Made by a program: the position numbers and the translations under genes
Assembly (NCBI RefSeq): GCF_006345805.1
Contig: NC_042998.1
Location: forward strand, 43,834,001-43,898,000
From: Octopus sinensis
Lineage: Eukaryota
Length of the DNA stretch: 64,000 nt
Reading direction: 5' to 3'
In this document: piece by piece, positions 13,655 through 25,603 of the stretch
How positions within the stretch are numbered: position 1 is the stretch's first letter
Layout of the letters: each line of letters begins with the position of its first letter
Notes under the pieces: model-generated
What the model saw: only the letters and a program-made list of their open reading frames with translations
Databases searched by the model: none
Told to the model about the DNA's origin: nothing

Positions 13655-14814
13655 ATGTATATATAAACGTAGTTGAGTTTTGTGAGGCTGTTAAATGGGA
13701 AATAATCTGCTAAAAGTATTCTAAAACAGAATATGGTAAATGTACTAAAAGGAAACAATGTTAAAAGACAGAATAATACTCAGTTAAGCTATGTAAATAC
13801 AGTCCAATCCATTTACTAAATAAAAAACGACATAAGAAGTGCCCTTAATAATAAATAGCCTGATCATTTATTATTTAAACTGAAAAATAGAACAACTACA
13901 AAATGCAAAACAATTTGTGAAATATTGATTTCTTTTCTTGTCTGTTATCTTCCAATAAAAACACGTTTTAGACTCCTTTTGTTAAAGTAAGCTGTTTGAC
14001 TAAACTTTTCAATACGGCGCTACCCAATAAAAGTCTCCCATTCTAAATTTGACAAATACCTCTTTTATTACGCTGTCTTCTGTCACAATAAGGCTAATAT
14101 AAACACATAAGCAGTTGAAAATTTAATTTTATATGTACCATACGATTTGAATAATACCATGAATGACTTCCACTCAAAACAATGTCTCTTCCAGTTGATA
14201 ATTTGATTTGATTAATGTAAACAAGGTAGCTCCAAGAAGGGTATTGACTTCAGATAATTGAATAAATGTCTTTAACTGTAAAAATTTTGAAATATGATAA
14301 ATTATCGAAAAAAAAAACATACATGAGAGTGTTCATACCTGTGCATATATATATGTGTATTTGTACTTGTGTGTGTATGTACATCTGTGTAAGTGAACGT
14401 GTGTATGAGTATGTGTGTATGTGTGTGCGTACGTGTGTGGGGAGAGAGAGGGAGAGAAAGAGAGTTCATAATTCTGATTGATATACGGAATAGCCTGACC
14501 AGAATCAGTAACCTTATTTCATACGATTATCTTATCGATTTCTAACTATTCATCGTCCTAACTGTAGAATTTGTATTTTAATCTTGCAAAAAACATTAAT
14601 TTCCATTCTGCTTCCTAATTTAAATTAGCTATGGTAATCAGGCATAAATTAGCGTTCGTTGAAACATAGAATTGCAATATATTTAATATACTGATTATAC
14701 CGACTATCTTAGCTTACACTCAGTAACGACCCATTTACAAATCTGTCTAGCAACAATATTCAGCGATTCAGAATACCGAAGAAATGCTTACAAATATTAA
14801 ATAATTCTAGCTAG

Positions 14815-15012
14815 TGAGCTGGTAGAATCGTTAGCACGACGAGCAAAATGTTTTGTAGCATTTTGTCCGCCTTCACGTTCTGAGTTCGAAATCCGCGGAG
14901 GTCGATTTTTGCCTTTCATCTTTTCGGGATCGATATAATAACTATCCGTTGAGTAACGGGGTCGGTTTAATCGACTACTCCTCCGCCCCAAAACTACTGG
15001 CCTTGTGCCAAC
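14815..15012 (+). mobile_element. SINE family B copy (GAGCTGGCAGAATCGTTAGC head)
   Basis: tRNA-like head (GAGCTGGTAGAATCGTTAGC ... GTTCTGAGTTCGAAATCC) plus core TGCCTTTCATC..TTCGGG.TCGAT, shared with at least seven other copies in the window. Confidence 0.85.
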
Positions 15013-15994
15013 ATTCTTTGTTTATCATTGGTATAATGCCATTTTATAAAGCTTTGTACATTTCTTACCATTTCCTACGTCATCAATCAAATTCTGAACC
15101 ATACAACTAGGAAATAAAGTTGTAAATAATATCGAAATGTAACTGGGCCTGTCGGCCTATCAGACAAATGATTGACTCTTCATATTTCATCATCATTACA
15201 AAGCTGTACCCGTGGCCTATATATTGAACATTTAAGATTATTGTTCACCTGGTTGTAACTATTGTGTAAGAAGAAAAATTGTAATAAAGGAATGTGCTTT
15301 AACATGTAACTCAGATCTTCTCAAAAGTAAAACTGGGAAGGGGTTAACTTTACCTGGCTAATTTATTGTAGATACATTACGTAAAGGAATCGTCATTGGT
15401 TGATTTTCAAAATATAATGCACTCATAGCTACAGTATAACTTCAATATGATACGCTTCTGAATTAACCTGTCCACGTCACTCCCAATGAAACACACTTGA
15501 AACACCTGTTTCTGCTCTTTTCGTCACTCTAACTTTATCTCGTCATCTAGAACCATAACTGAACATTTCGCCCTAAACTTTATTTGTAAGACGTCAAATA
15601 ACTGGATTTCCCTCTTTGCTAAGTTTTTTCCCATAGTTAATTACAAATATTAAGCCTGAATAAAGATCGCATCCATATTAGATGCACTACACAAGATTCA
15701 GTGATCGTATGCAAAATCACTTCCTTCTAAACACGCACGCACACACACATACACACACACATACACGCGAATGAATAATTCTGAAACATTTAAAGGTACC
15801 AAATAGAAGAGGGCCTTCTATTGTACCTACAACAGTTATAGCTCACCAAGAGACAATGTACATAAATCATATTCGTGGCATTATACAGCAATTTCAATTT
15901 TAGTCTTACATATACTTCGTGATCGAATTCTAACATCTATGTGTATGTGCGTGTGTGTATTTATGTGTGTAGGTATGTGTACCTTCCCAACATT

Positions 15995-16330
15995 CACTGG
16001 TGACACTTCATTTCCCTCCATGGAGAGGTCGATGCTGTTAAGGATGCAGCAGCACTGGACAGGATGGGAATTCGTCAACTTGAGAACTCATGTCCTTTGG
16101 TCACCGTGCTATAGAGATACCAAAGAAAATGTTAAAAGTTCTCTCTGAAAAAATTCATTGATGCCTATCAAATGTTAATCATTACCAGTGGCCTACTTTA
16201 GCTTTCAATTGCTAGATCTGGTTACATACAATTCACCGTTTCCGCTTTTAAAATGAACGCAAGGATGATTTTTAGAAGAAAGTAACATACGGAATTAACC
16301 CTGACAAAGCATCACCAAACCCAGTACAAC
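15995..16330 (+). mobile_element. Decayed RTE-clade LINE 3' fragment
   Basis: FPSMERSMLLRMQQHWTG...YRDTKENVK resembles the RTE C-terminal PSIEAMLxxxQLRWxGH...RYKDTLK segment. Frameshifted. Confidence 0.45.
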
Positions 16331-16404
16331 AGTTCTACGTCACTCACTTCAGTTGGGCCCAAACGTAATGTATTGGCTTATACAACTGCCATACATGCAT
16401 TCAT

Positions 16405-16710
16405 AGTGGTTAAAGCATAGTGGTTAGAGCAGCGGACACGCGGTCGAGGGATCGTCGGTACGAATCTCAGACCAGGCGATGTGTGTGTTTATGAGCGAAA
16501 CACCTAAGCTCCACGCGGTTCCCGCAGAAGGTAATGACGAACTTCTGCTGACTCTTTCGCCACAACGTTCTCTCACTCTTTCCTCCTGCATCTAGCAGCT
16601 CACCTGCAACGGACCGACGTCTTGTCCAGATGGGGGAACCTATACATGAATGAAACTGGGAAAACAGCCTTTATGAGCCAGGCATCGCTAGAGAAGGAAC
16701 GAACAATAAC
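16405..16710 (+). mobile_element. SINE family A copy (tRNA head + GAGCGAAAACACCTAAAGCTCCAC core), tail type iii
   Basis: Head AGTGGTTAGAGCAGCGGACACGCGGTC and core shared with copies at 40059, 42409, 56468 and 63459. Confidence 0.8.
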
Positions 16711-16932
16711 ATTAGGGACGTTTACAGACCATTAAAACAAACTACTAAAAGAAATATATCAGAACCTCACATTAAGTTCTCTTTACACTGCCCATTTTTA
16801 TTACTAATTGCAGATATATCAAGAACCGACAGTATTAGAAATTTACTTTCATATTTAATACTTGAACTAACAATATTATGCAAACAAGCCAAATAGTGAA
16901 AACTGGAGAGAAGTGACCTATCTATTTATCTA

Positions 16933-16975
<43 letters not shown>

Positions 16976-17424
16976 TTGGTTTATAAATCCCAGCAATGTA
17001 TGTTGTAAGAAATAATACAGGTCAATGGTTCGTACTTTAACTCGTATTTCAGTATTTCAAGTACAGACTCCTCCTTCAGGTAATCTTGTTTTGGCTTGGC
17101 TTTATAAAAATAAAATCATATATATGTACATTGGCTAATGCTTCATGCAAACTAAACTATACTAATATTTGATATCAAAACCTCTTAAATTAATGTGGAC
17201 TAACATAGTTGCTCTTCTTTCTTTTCTTGTCTCCTTGTTTCGTTTCCTGTCATCACCATCATCTGTGCTGTTGCTACTGCTACTACTACTACTACTTATA
17301 ACAAGTTACTCCAATCGTAAATATATATATATCTATACAACCGAAATCATTATTCACCAGAATGATTTCATGTTCATAATGATGATGATCGTCATCATGT
17401 TGTTGATATCGACTAATAATCCTT

Positions 17425-17814
17425 TCTACTATAGGCACAAGTCCTGAAATTTCGGAAGGGCCCAGTCGATTACATCGACTCAAGTCTTTCACTGGTACTT
17501 AGTTTATTGACGCCGAAAGGATGAAAGGCAAAGCTAAGTCGCCCTCAGCGGAATTCGAAATCAGAACGAAGCGACGGGTGAAATACTGCTAAGCATTTTA
17601 ACCAGCCTGCTAACTATTCTGCCAGCTTACCTCCTTATGATAATGACTAATAACGATGATGATAATTGTTGCTAATGTAAGCAACGTAACTTGTACTTTA
17701 ATTTATCGATGTTGGTGAAATGAAAGGCACAGTTAACCTCAGCTAACTGTGAACTCAGAACCCAAAGAACAGGAAGAAATACCGTCAGCCTTTTGCCCGA
17801 TCTTCTAACAATTC

Positions 17815-17860
<46 letters not shown>

Positions 17861-18574
17861 GTTTTAAAGAAAATGAAGACCCTTCAGGGGTCCCTTAGAT
17901 TAACGGTACAGAGCGCCCAGCTGGAATTCCAGAGGTACAGAGTTTGATAATCTGTAGGCCTTTCTAGCCACTTTTTCCGTCTTCCAAGAGTATTTACCTT
18001 ATCGTTAAGGGTGTTTTCACAGCTACTCCGCGTTCAACATTTACTTGATTTTCTGTAAAATACCATCTCACTCGGCGCTTTTAAATTTTTTTTATAAAAA
18101 CACAAATGTTTTGAAATAATAATGATTGTAATAAACATTTCTACTAAAGACAGAAGGTCTGAAATTTTGGAAGAAGGGACTAGTCGAATACATTGACTTC
18201 AGTGTTTTACTCGTACGTATTTTATCGAACGCGGAGTGATGAAAGGGAAAGTCGACCTCAGCAGAATTTGAACGTAAAGACAGACGAAATGACGCTAAGC
18301 ATTTTGTTCGACGAGCTAACGATTCTGCCAGCTCGCCGCTTTAATAATAATAATAATAATGTTTCAAATTTTGCCACAAGGGAAGATTTTAGTGGGAGGG
18401 AATGAGTCGATTACATCGACCCCAGTATTCAGCTGGTACTTATTTTATCGACCTCGAAAGGATGAAGGGCAAAGTCAACCTCGGTGGAATTTGAACTCAG
18501 AACGTAGCGACGGGCGAAATACTGCCATATATATTTCGTCCAGCGTGCTAACGATTCTGCCATCTCGCCACCTT
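17425..18574 (-). mobile_element. Cluster of SINE family B copies (17425-17635, partial 17690-17805, 18140-18342, 18362-18574), all minus strand, separated by (AAT)n runs
   Basis: Repeated reverse-complement motif GAAAGGATGAAAGGCAAAGTCGACCTC.GCGGAATTTGAACTCAGAACG ... GCTAACGATTCTGCCAGCT. Confidence 0.85.
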
Positions 18575-18599
18575 AATGATGATTGTAATATTATTATTG

Positions 18600-18652
<53 letters not shown>

Positions 18653-19102
18653 TACAATAGTATTTCTAACTACTCAACAGTTACAATAGTATTTCTAACC
18701 ATACAAAATTCTGTAGATAGGAAAGAATACTAAAAAATACAAATAACAGCCAAAGGTCTTTACAATAGAAGCGTTTTAAACAATCTACACGGCAGCAGAG
18801 GAAGGCTTCTCTGTTTGAGCAGTTTTTACTCTTGCAATTTAGCTTTATCTCCCTTGTGGCAATTGTATCAAATGAGAAAACATTACTTGACAGACAACCT
18901 AGATGCGGTTAGCAAAAGTAGTAGTAGTAGTAGTAGTAGTGCTGCCGCTACTACTATTACTTATGATGATGATGATGATGATGAATTTTAATTTGACACA
19001 GGAACATCAGTGATTATGAGGGAGATTACAAAAAACAGGTAATAAATACACTATCCCACTCTCTATCCAACACACACTCCCACACACACATACACAAGCA
19101 CA

Positions 19103-19144
<42 letters not shown>

Positions 19145-19329
19145 ACACACACATGCAAATGTATGTGGGTAAGTCAAGAAAATGACAGGTTGTTCTAAGT
19201 TTGTCATAAGTCAATATGCTGTCAACACGCAAGTTTTGTAAAAGCTGTTACTGTTCAAATACTGTGAACTACATCTGTCGCGAGTGTTTACTTTCATATT
19301 CATGCAAGAAAACATATTGGATCTCGATG

Positions 19330-19372
19330 ACACTATATATAAACATACACACGTTTATACATACACACACAC

Positions 19373-19422
<50 letters not shown>

Positions 19423-19459
19423 TATATATGCATATATACGCATATATACATATATTTGC

Positions 19460-19497
<38 letters not shown>

Positions 19498-19694
19498 ATA
19501 TATATATGCATATATATGTACGCACACACATATGTATACATAGATATATATATATACACATATATACATATATACATACATATATACATATATATAGTAT
19601 GTATATATATATATTATGTGTGTATATATATATAATATATATACGTATCTATATATATATATATGCATATATACGCATATATACATATATTTGC

Positions 19695-19728
<34 letters not shown>

Positions 19729-20095
19729 ATATGCATATATATGTACGCACACACATGTATACATAGATATATTTATATATATATACACATATATATATAT
19801 ATACATACATATATACATATATATAGTGTGTATATATATATATATATATTATGTGTGTATATATATATAATATATATACGTATCTATAAGTTACTGTATA
19901 TATACAGATAAATACTTATACATATATAAACACACACGCACATACATATATATATGCACACGCGCACTCACAAACACGCATGTTCATAAATGCATGTGTG
20001 TGTATATATATATGTTTATATATATATATATAAGAACATATATATATATATATGTATATATATATGTTTATATATATATATATATAAGAACATAA
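19330..20095. repeat. Compound (TA)/(CA)/(TG) microsatellite block containing a higher-order duplication
   Basis: The same succession of interruptions (CATATATACGCATATATACATATATTTGC ... GTACGCACACACA ... TAGATAT ... TATTATGTGTG ... ACGTATCTAT) occurs twice, at about 19420-19650 and 19660-19890. Confidence 0.85.
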
Positions 20096-21304
20096 ACACT
20101 AACACACACACATGTAACCATATACCCATATACGCACTGCAGCACACACCTATATACACTTCAAGCGTAAGCATCACGTGTTCAGACACACACACACACA
20201 CACACACACACGTACATACGCCTTTATTATTACGTACAAAACAATATTGAGTTATCACCGAGTTGTTATTAAAATATCGCCCCAAATTCGTCACTGAGAT
20301 TGATATACAGAATTGTGTGAGGACTTTGATGTTCTCGTTTATAGCTTATTTATTTTCGTATCTGCATGCAAAAAGAAAGCAGAAATGTAGTTGTACCGAA
20401 AATTTTATGCAAATATGCATTAGTACATGACTGATGAAAACAACACAGAATAACAACATGTAATACTAACAAATTACTTCATTATCATAGCGCAAAAATC
20501 TTCGATAATTATTTCAAATTGTTTTAATAATGTCAATTCGTAACAGTTATATATAGTCTTCAACTGCCAGATTCTCTTAATGAAATTTACACCTTGTCCT
20601 ATTATACTTTTCAACGCATCTATTTTTACCTATATTTTCATGTATTGTAATATCATCCTTGTTATGACTTTTTTTCAAGTACTTCCAATATTTATGAAAT
20701 TTTTGAAGCAAAATATTCAATATAAATGGAAAATGAAAGCTCAATATTCGTTTGATAAATATGGTACGCTGCAACTCGTGGAATATTTAATATTTAAGTC
20801 AACCATGCAAAGCTTAACCAATAAATTAGATTTCTGCTTTGAACAGAATATATTGTCTGTTCAGCGATATGTAATTGTGGAAAAATATTAATTTAATTAA
20901 CTGAGCTAATTAATTAGAAGTTAATTCCTTCAAATGGCATCAATGAAGTTCTCAGTTGCAGCGGTATACCTATCTGGAAAGGAGTTTAACACTGAATATA
21001 GAGGTTCTAGATTGAATTATAATGCAGCATTAATATATTAATTACTATATTTCCGAAACTAACTCTTCAATTTTAATATAATCAATTAACATTTACTGAC
21101 ATTTCTTAATTTTTTCTTCTTTTCTTCTTTTCACTTACCATACTGTTCTTTTCTTGGTGTATTTATACAACTTTAGAAACAACTAAGATGCCAACATTTT
21201 GAAGTATAAGCGGTGATTACTTCAAATTAAAGTTTTATTTTTATTTACTTAAGTCCAAAATACTTTATCGATCAATGGCTAATTATTCAATGTTGTTTAT
21301 ATTG

Positions 21305-21715
21305 GGATCTTTTCGGTTTGACCGGCAGTTTTTTCTAGCGGTGTCACCCGTAATTATGACCCTAGTATCGATCTACTGCATTTCAATGTTTTAAGGTAAG
21401 GGTTAGTTAGGGTTAGGGGTGGGGGGAAGGTTATCTTTTTTTCTTCAGAAATGTAAATAAACCCAATATGTTTCTTAAACGAGGGACATATTCATACGGC
21501 ACAGAATGGTCTTTACCTCAATAGACGTCACTAATTGGTTGAAATTGCAGAAATTGAAGAAAAACAACAACAAATATCTTACAAACTATAGAATTTTCTC
21601 AATAAAGCCACCAGAAAAAGATGTTTTATAAACACATTCTACCAGTATACGAAGTTTAAAATTTTTAGTTACCTAGAAATTATGTTAAAAACTGCCGTTC
21701 AAACCGAAAAGATCT
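21305..21715. mobile_element. MITE, GGATC...GATCY termini, ~28-bp TIR, 8-bp TSD (Merlin/Mutator-like)
   Basis: TIR GGATCTTTTCGGTTTGACCGGCAGTTTTT / AAAAACTGCCGTTCAAACCGAAAAGATCT. Flanks TTATATTG / TTATATCG (7/8). Second copy at 60073-60487. Confidence 0.85.
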
Positions 21716-22691
21716 TTATATCGTGAGCTAAACGTTATTCATGACGATGTTATTCATGGCTTCACAAGCAGAGTTCTTTATAGAATAATACAAAAAGACA
21801 GTCATGCCAAAGTTAGCTGTAATTAAATGAACAACCTCCTATGTAATTCAGTACTGAATTTAGTTACTAACTCTAAGAAAGGATGAGATATCTGCAACGC
21901 AGTTTTCTGACACCGCCAAAAACGTATTAATCATATGAACGGTAAATCCATAAAGACATCCTTTTCGTTTCAGTTATCTACCTTGACTTAAATTGCTGAG
22001 ATTCTCGTCAGTCTTAATATATGTTGACGAAACCTTATTACTTTATTCCGATGAAATCTATAGCATCTATGTAGTTAATCAAGTAATGAACTTCAGATCT
22101 GACTGAAAAGCGTTATGCCAAGTAGTTGTGGCGAATTGACACAATGGTTGTTAGAGACGAGGGTAGCATGATAAACTGAAGTAGAGATAGCGGTCAAAAT
22201 GCTTTAAAGATTGCGGATGTCATTTCACAGTTACACCAAGCAGATAAAACATTAATCAAAACTAATTACCCTGCAGATAAAATATTAATCAGATTGAATT
22301 ATCCCTCTCTAACACAAGGGAACAAAGCAACATAACTGAGTTTCAAATGTGTAATAATTCAGTACAAGAGTATTATGATGGCTGATGGTTATGATGATGA
22401 TGATGATGATGATGATGGCTACGAAGGAACTTTTCAGCAAAATATGAGACCGAAGGATTTATTTTTCACGCGTTTAAAAGTCACTTGTATAACTTATTCA
22501 ATGTGTTACTTATTAAACACTAATGGTTGTACTATTTATACCGTCTCTTGTTTAGTCCTATCTGAAAATATGTTGCAGTATGTATTGAAAATTCTGTCCC
22601 ATTCTCACATAATAGTGCCTTCTTGGCAAAGACACTTGCATAACATACACATAAAAACATACATACATATATGTGTATATATATATGTATG

Positions 22692-22776
<85 letters not shown>

Positions 22777-24089
22777 ATATAGGTGTACATATATGTGTAT
22801 GTATATTATTATTATAATTAAAATTATTATTATTATTGCTACTACCACTGCTATTATTATAGTATAAATTCATCATCATTATTATCATTCACAATAATGC
22901 TATTACTTTTAATTTCGATAACTATTATATCAGCAAGCTGTAATATATGTTGAGTATCAGTTAGTTTCTCTCACCCCGCCCAACTTTCTCTCTATGTTTT
23001 GTAATCTTTCTTAAAGAAAAAGAAGCAAAAAGCAAAATTAACAGTGAAACACAAGAATATGAAACTAGTTAAGTATGTAAATCAATTCCAGCCATTTAGA
23101 ATATATACATTGAGAATGTGGCCTGCAGATTTAAATTTTGAGTTTGCATTGTTGACATTGAGAAGAAAACAACTGAAAAATGATATATTTTATTAAAAAT
23201 ATAACGTTGGCCTTCACCATCGGTCGCACTAATTCAAGTATCTATTTGTCTAATTTAAATTAACGTTTATTCAGACTGTACGAAAGCCTGCTTTAACGTA
23301 TTCCAAAACCACTGCTGCCTATATTCAACCAGCAAAAGTTTGAGCCTATATTTGCTTGCTTTTATGAAATCCCTGCAGGTTATGACGTAAGCACACAATA
23401 AGATGGTTTTTTTCCCTTTTTTATCGACATTTTATGCATGCTATCCTTGATATTGTTGTACACATACTTCTATTGTATTGCCAGGCTACACGAGTTGTCA
23501 TAAAACAGCTAGTTCTTCTCACATACTACAGAGCCAGCTGATCATATCACATAGTGAAAAATGCTCACATACCAATCAACCAGTTACATATATGTCACAC
23601 AGTAAGTTGTCCCTACATTAAACGGCCATTTGCGCAAGTATCACGTCTCTGGCTACTCAAATAACATATTGCAATGTTTTATCATTACCTTCTCTTCGAG
23701 CACATTGCTGGCAGTACACAAAACTCAATGCTAGCAGTTCGTATCTAATTCTATCGATTCTATTCATAATATCCTGCCAGCTACTGCCATAAATTGTCGA
23801 TAAGTTCCTAAACACTAAATGCCCAGGTATCCACACTATAAAACTACTTGCACATGCATTTCACAATAAGCTGGTCACGATCTATGCAATGTATTAATCA
23901 TATACTATAACATAATACGATCAGTTATTCATATAGTAAACAATATATCAATATATGCCATCAACACTTGTACTATAGAATATTTATTCACATTTTGCTA
24001 TATACAACTAAATAATATACAGCTATACCATATACATATGCACAGTACATGCACACAAATAACATTTGTATACATGCAACACAAGCAAT

Positions 24090-24235
24090 TCAAATACAAA
24101 TATCACTGTCATCTACTGCTACACTGTCATCTGATGCTGTAGTGTCAGGTAGTGTGGTGGTTTTATGACTGAGTTCTTTACGAATTGTCCCGATACCTTG
24201 GCAACTATACGCTCCCTGCAGATGACCCAACTGTT
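24090..24235 (-). CDS. Candidate terminal coding exon of an unidentified minus-strand gene
   Basis: Strong acceptor TTTTGTTTGGTTTCAG|, non-repetitive sequence of higher complexity, longest frame xQLGHLQGAYSCQGIGTIRKELSHKTTTLPDTTASDDSVAVDDSDICI*. Followed by about 0.9-1.2 kb of UTR-like unique DNA with minus-strand AATAAA near 23190 and 23268. No recognisable domain. Confidence 0.35.
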
Positions 24236-24782
24236 CTGAAACCAAACAAAACTGTTTTATGTGAATTTTTTTTTTCAATTCTTTTACCACAATGATTGTT
24301 GTTCAATCTTTGAACAGAGGCTATTTCAACTTGCTTCCTTTTGTGATTTACTCCACAACTTTTGATAAACTGTTCTAAAGCAAGGAATCGAGGAATTTAC
24401 TTTTATTTATCAATAAATAATTTTTATAAATTTGCGCCATTTTTTTTGTATTTATTCAATGAAAATTTAAATCGCTTTCATTTATTTCGTATATTTCATT
24501 TGAATCCGAAATGTGTTTATATGTGTCGTTATTGATAAATATGCAAAAAGAAACAAAGCAGTGAATGAACCAGGCTTTTCAAAATTTAATGAAAACATTT
24601 CTGAAATATCAGATGTATAAATTAAACCAATTGGTTGATAATCAGGAAACGTGAGTTCGATTTAACAAGGTTACTGCAATGATTTTTGTTTCTTTTTATT
24701 TTTGTATATTTATGTATTTAATTTGATATGTTTCTCTCTATGTCTGTTTGTCTGTCTATCTATCTATCTATTTATTTATCTT

Positions 24783-24825
<43 letters not shown>

Positions 24826-25394
24826 TTCTCTTTTCATACATGCATATATACGCACATATGCATAAATACATATATATATATGAATGTACAGATAGGAGAA
24901 TAAATTAACGGAATGGATGGATGACTGTAAGTAATGGCAGTACATAGTCAATACGATTGGAGATCCTTATTAGCAACAAAATCGGTGTAATACATACAAA
25001 AACTATTCAACATTGCATAGGAATTAGTATTGACAATTCTTTTCCTCTTTCATATTAGCCATAGTCCTAATCTGCTGGCATGTGTGAATGTGTATGTATG
25101 TTTGTGTGTTTGTATGTGTGTATGTGTGTGTGTGAGTATGTGTGTGTTTGTGTATGTGTGTATCCAACTTAGCGCGATGCTTTCTTAGAACACTGAATAT
25201 GCGATTTTCGCCTTGAGAGTATCTCTCACGAAGGTATGCTTCATAAAAAAACATACATGGTTGGCAGCCGAGAATTGTCTGAACTGTTCGATCTCGTGAT
25301 TTTGACGTGCTGCATCTCTTTAGTGACAGATGCCCACTCGCTGCATACCAGCTGCATTACATCGCCAACGGTATAGAGAATTCCAATGACTTTT

Positions 25395-25545
25395 CAGACA
25401 CCGATGCTTATTTTCTCGTGTTCCTTTCTGTTGGAGAGCGTAGGCTCGAAACGTAAAAGACTTTCTCACTTCCTGAGCGTTAAACCAATACATCTGTTTG
25501 TTATTTACACACCTGTCTTCGCCTTTTGTCTTTTTTGTAAATTTT
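25395..25545 (+). repeat. Penelope-like terminal repeat fragment with degenerate hammerhead motif
   Basis: CTTT-CTGTTGGA-GAGC-GTAG-GCTC-GAAACGTA-AAAG has minimal type I hammerhead topology, followed by a T-rich tail. Confidence 0.45.
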
Positions 25546-25565
25546 CACTATATATATATATATAT

Positions 25566-25603
<38 letters not shown>

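Noticed and set aside
21408-21427. Interstitial telomere or chromosome-fusion scar
   Set aside because: The TTAGGG units are an internal part of a dispersed MITE present twice in the window.
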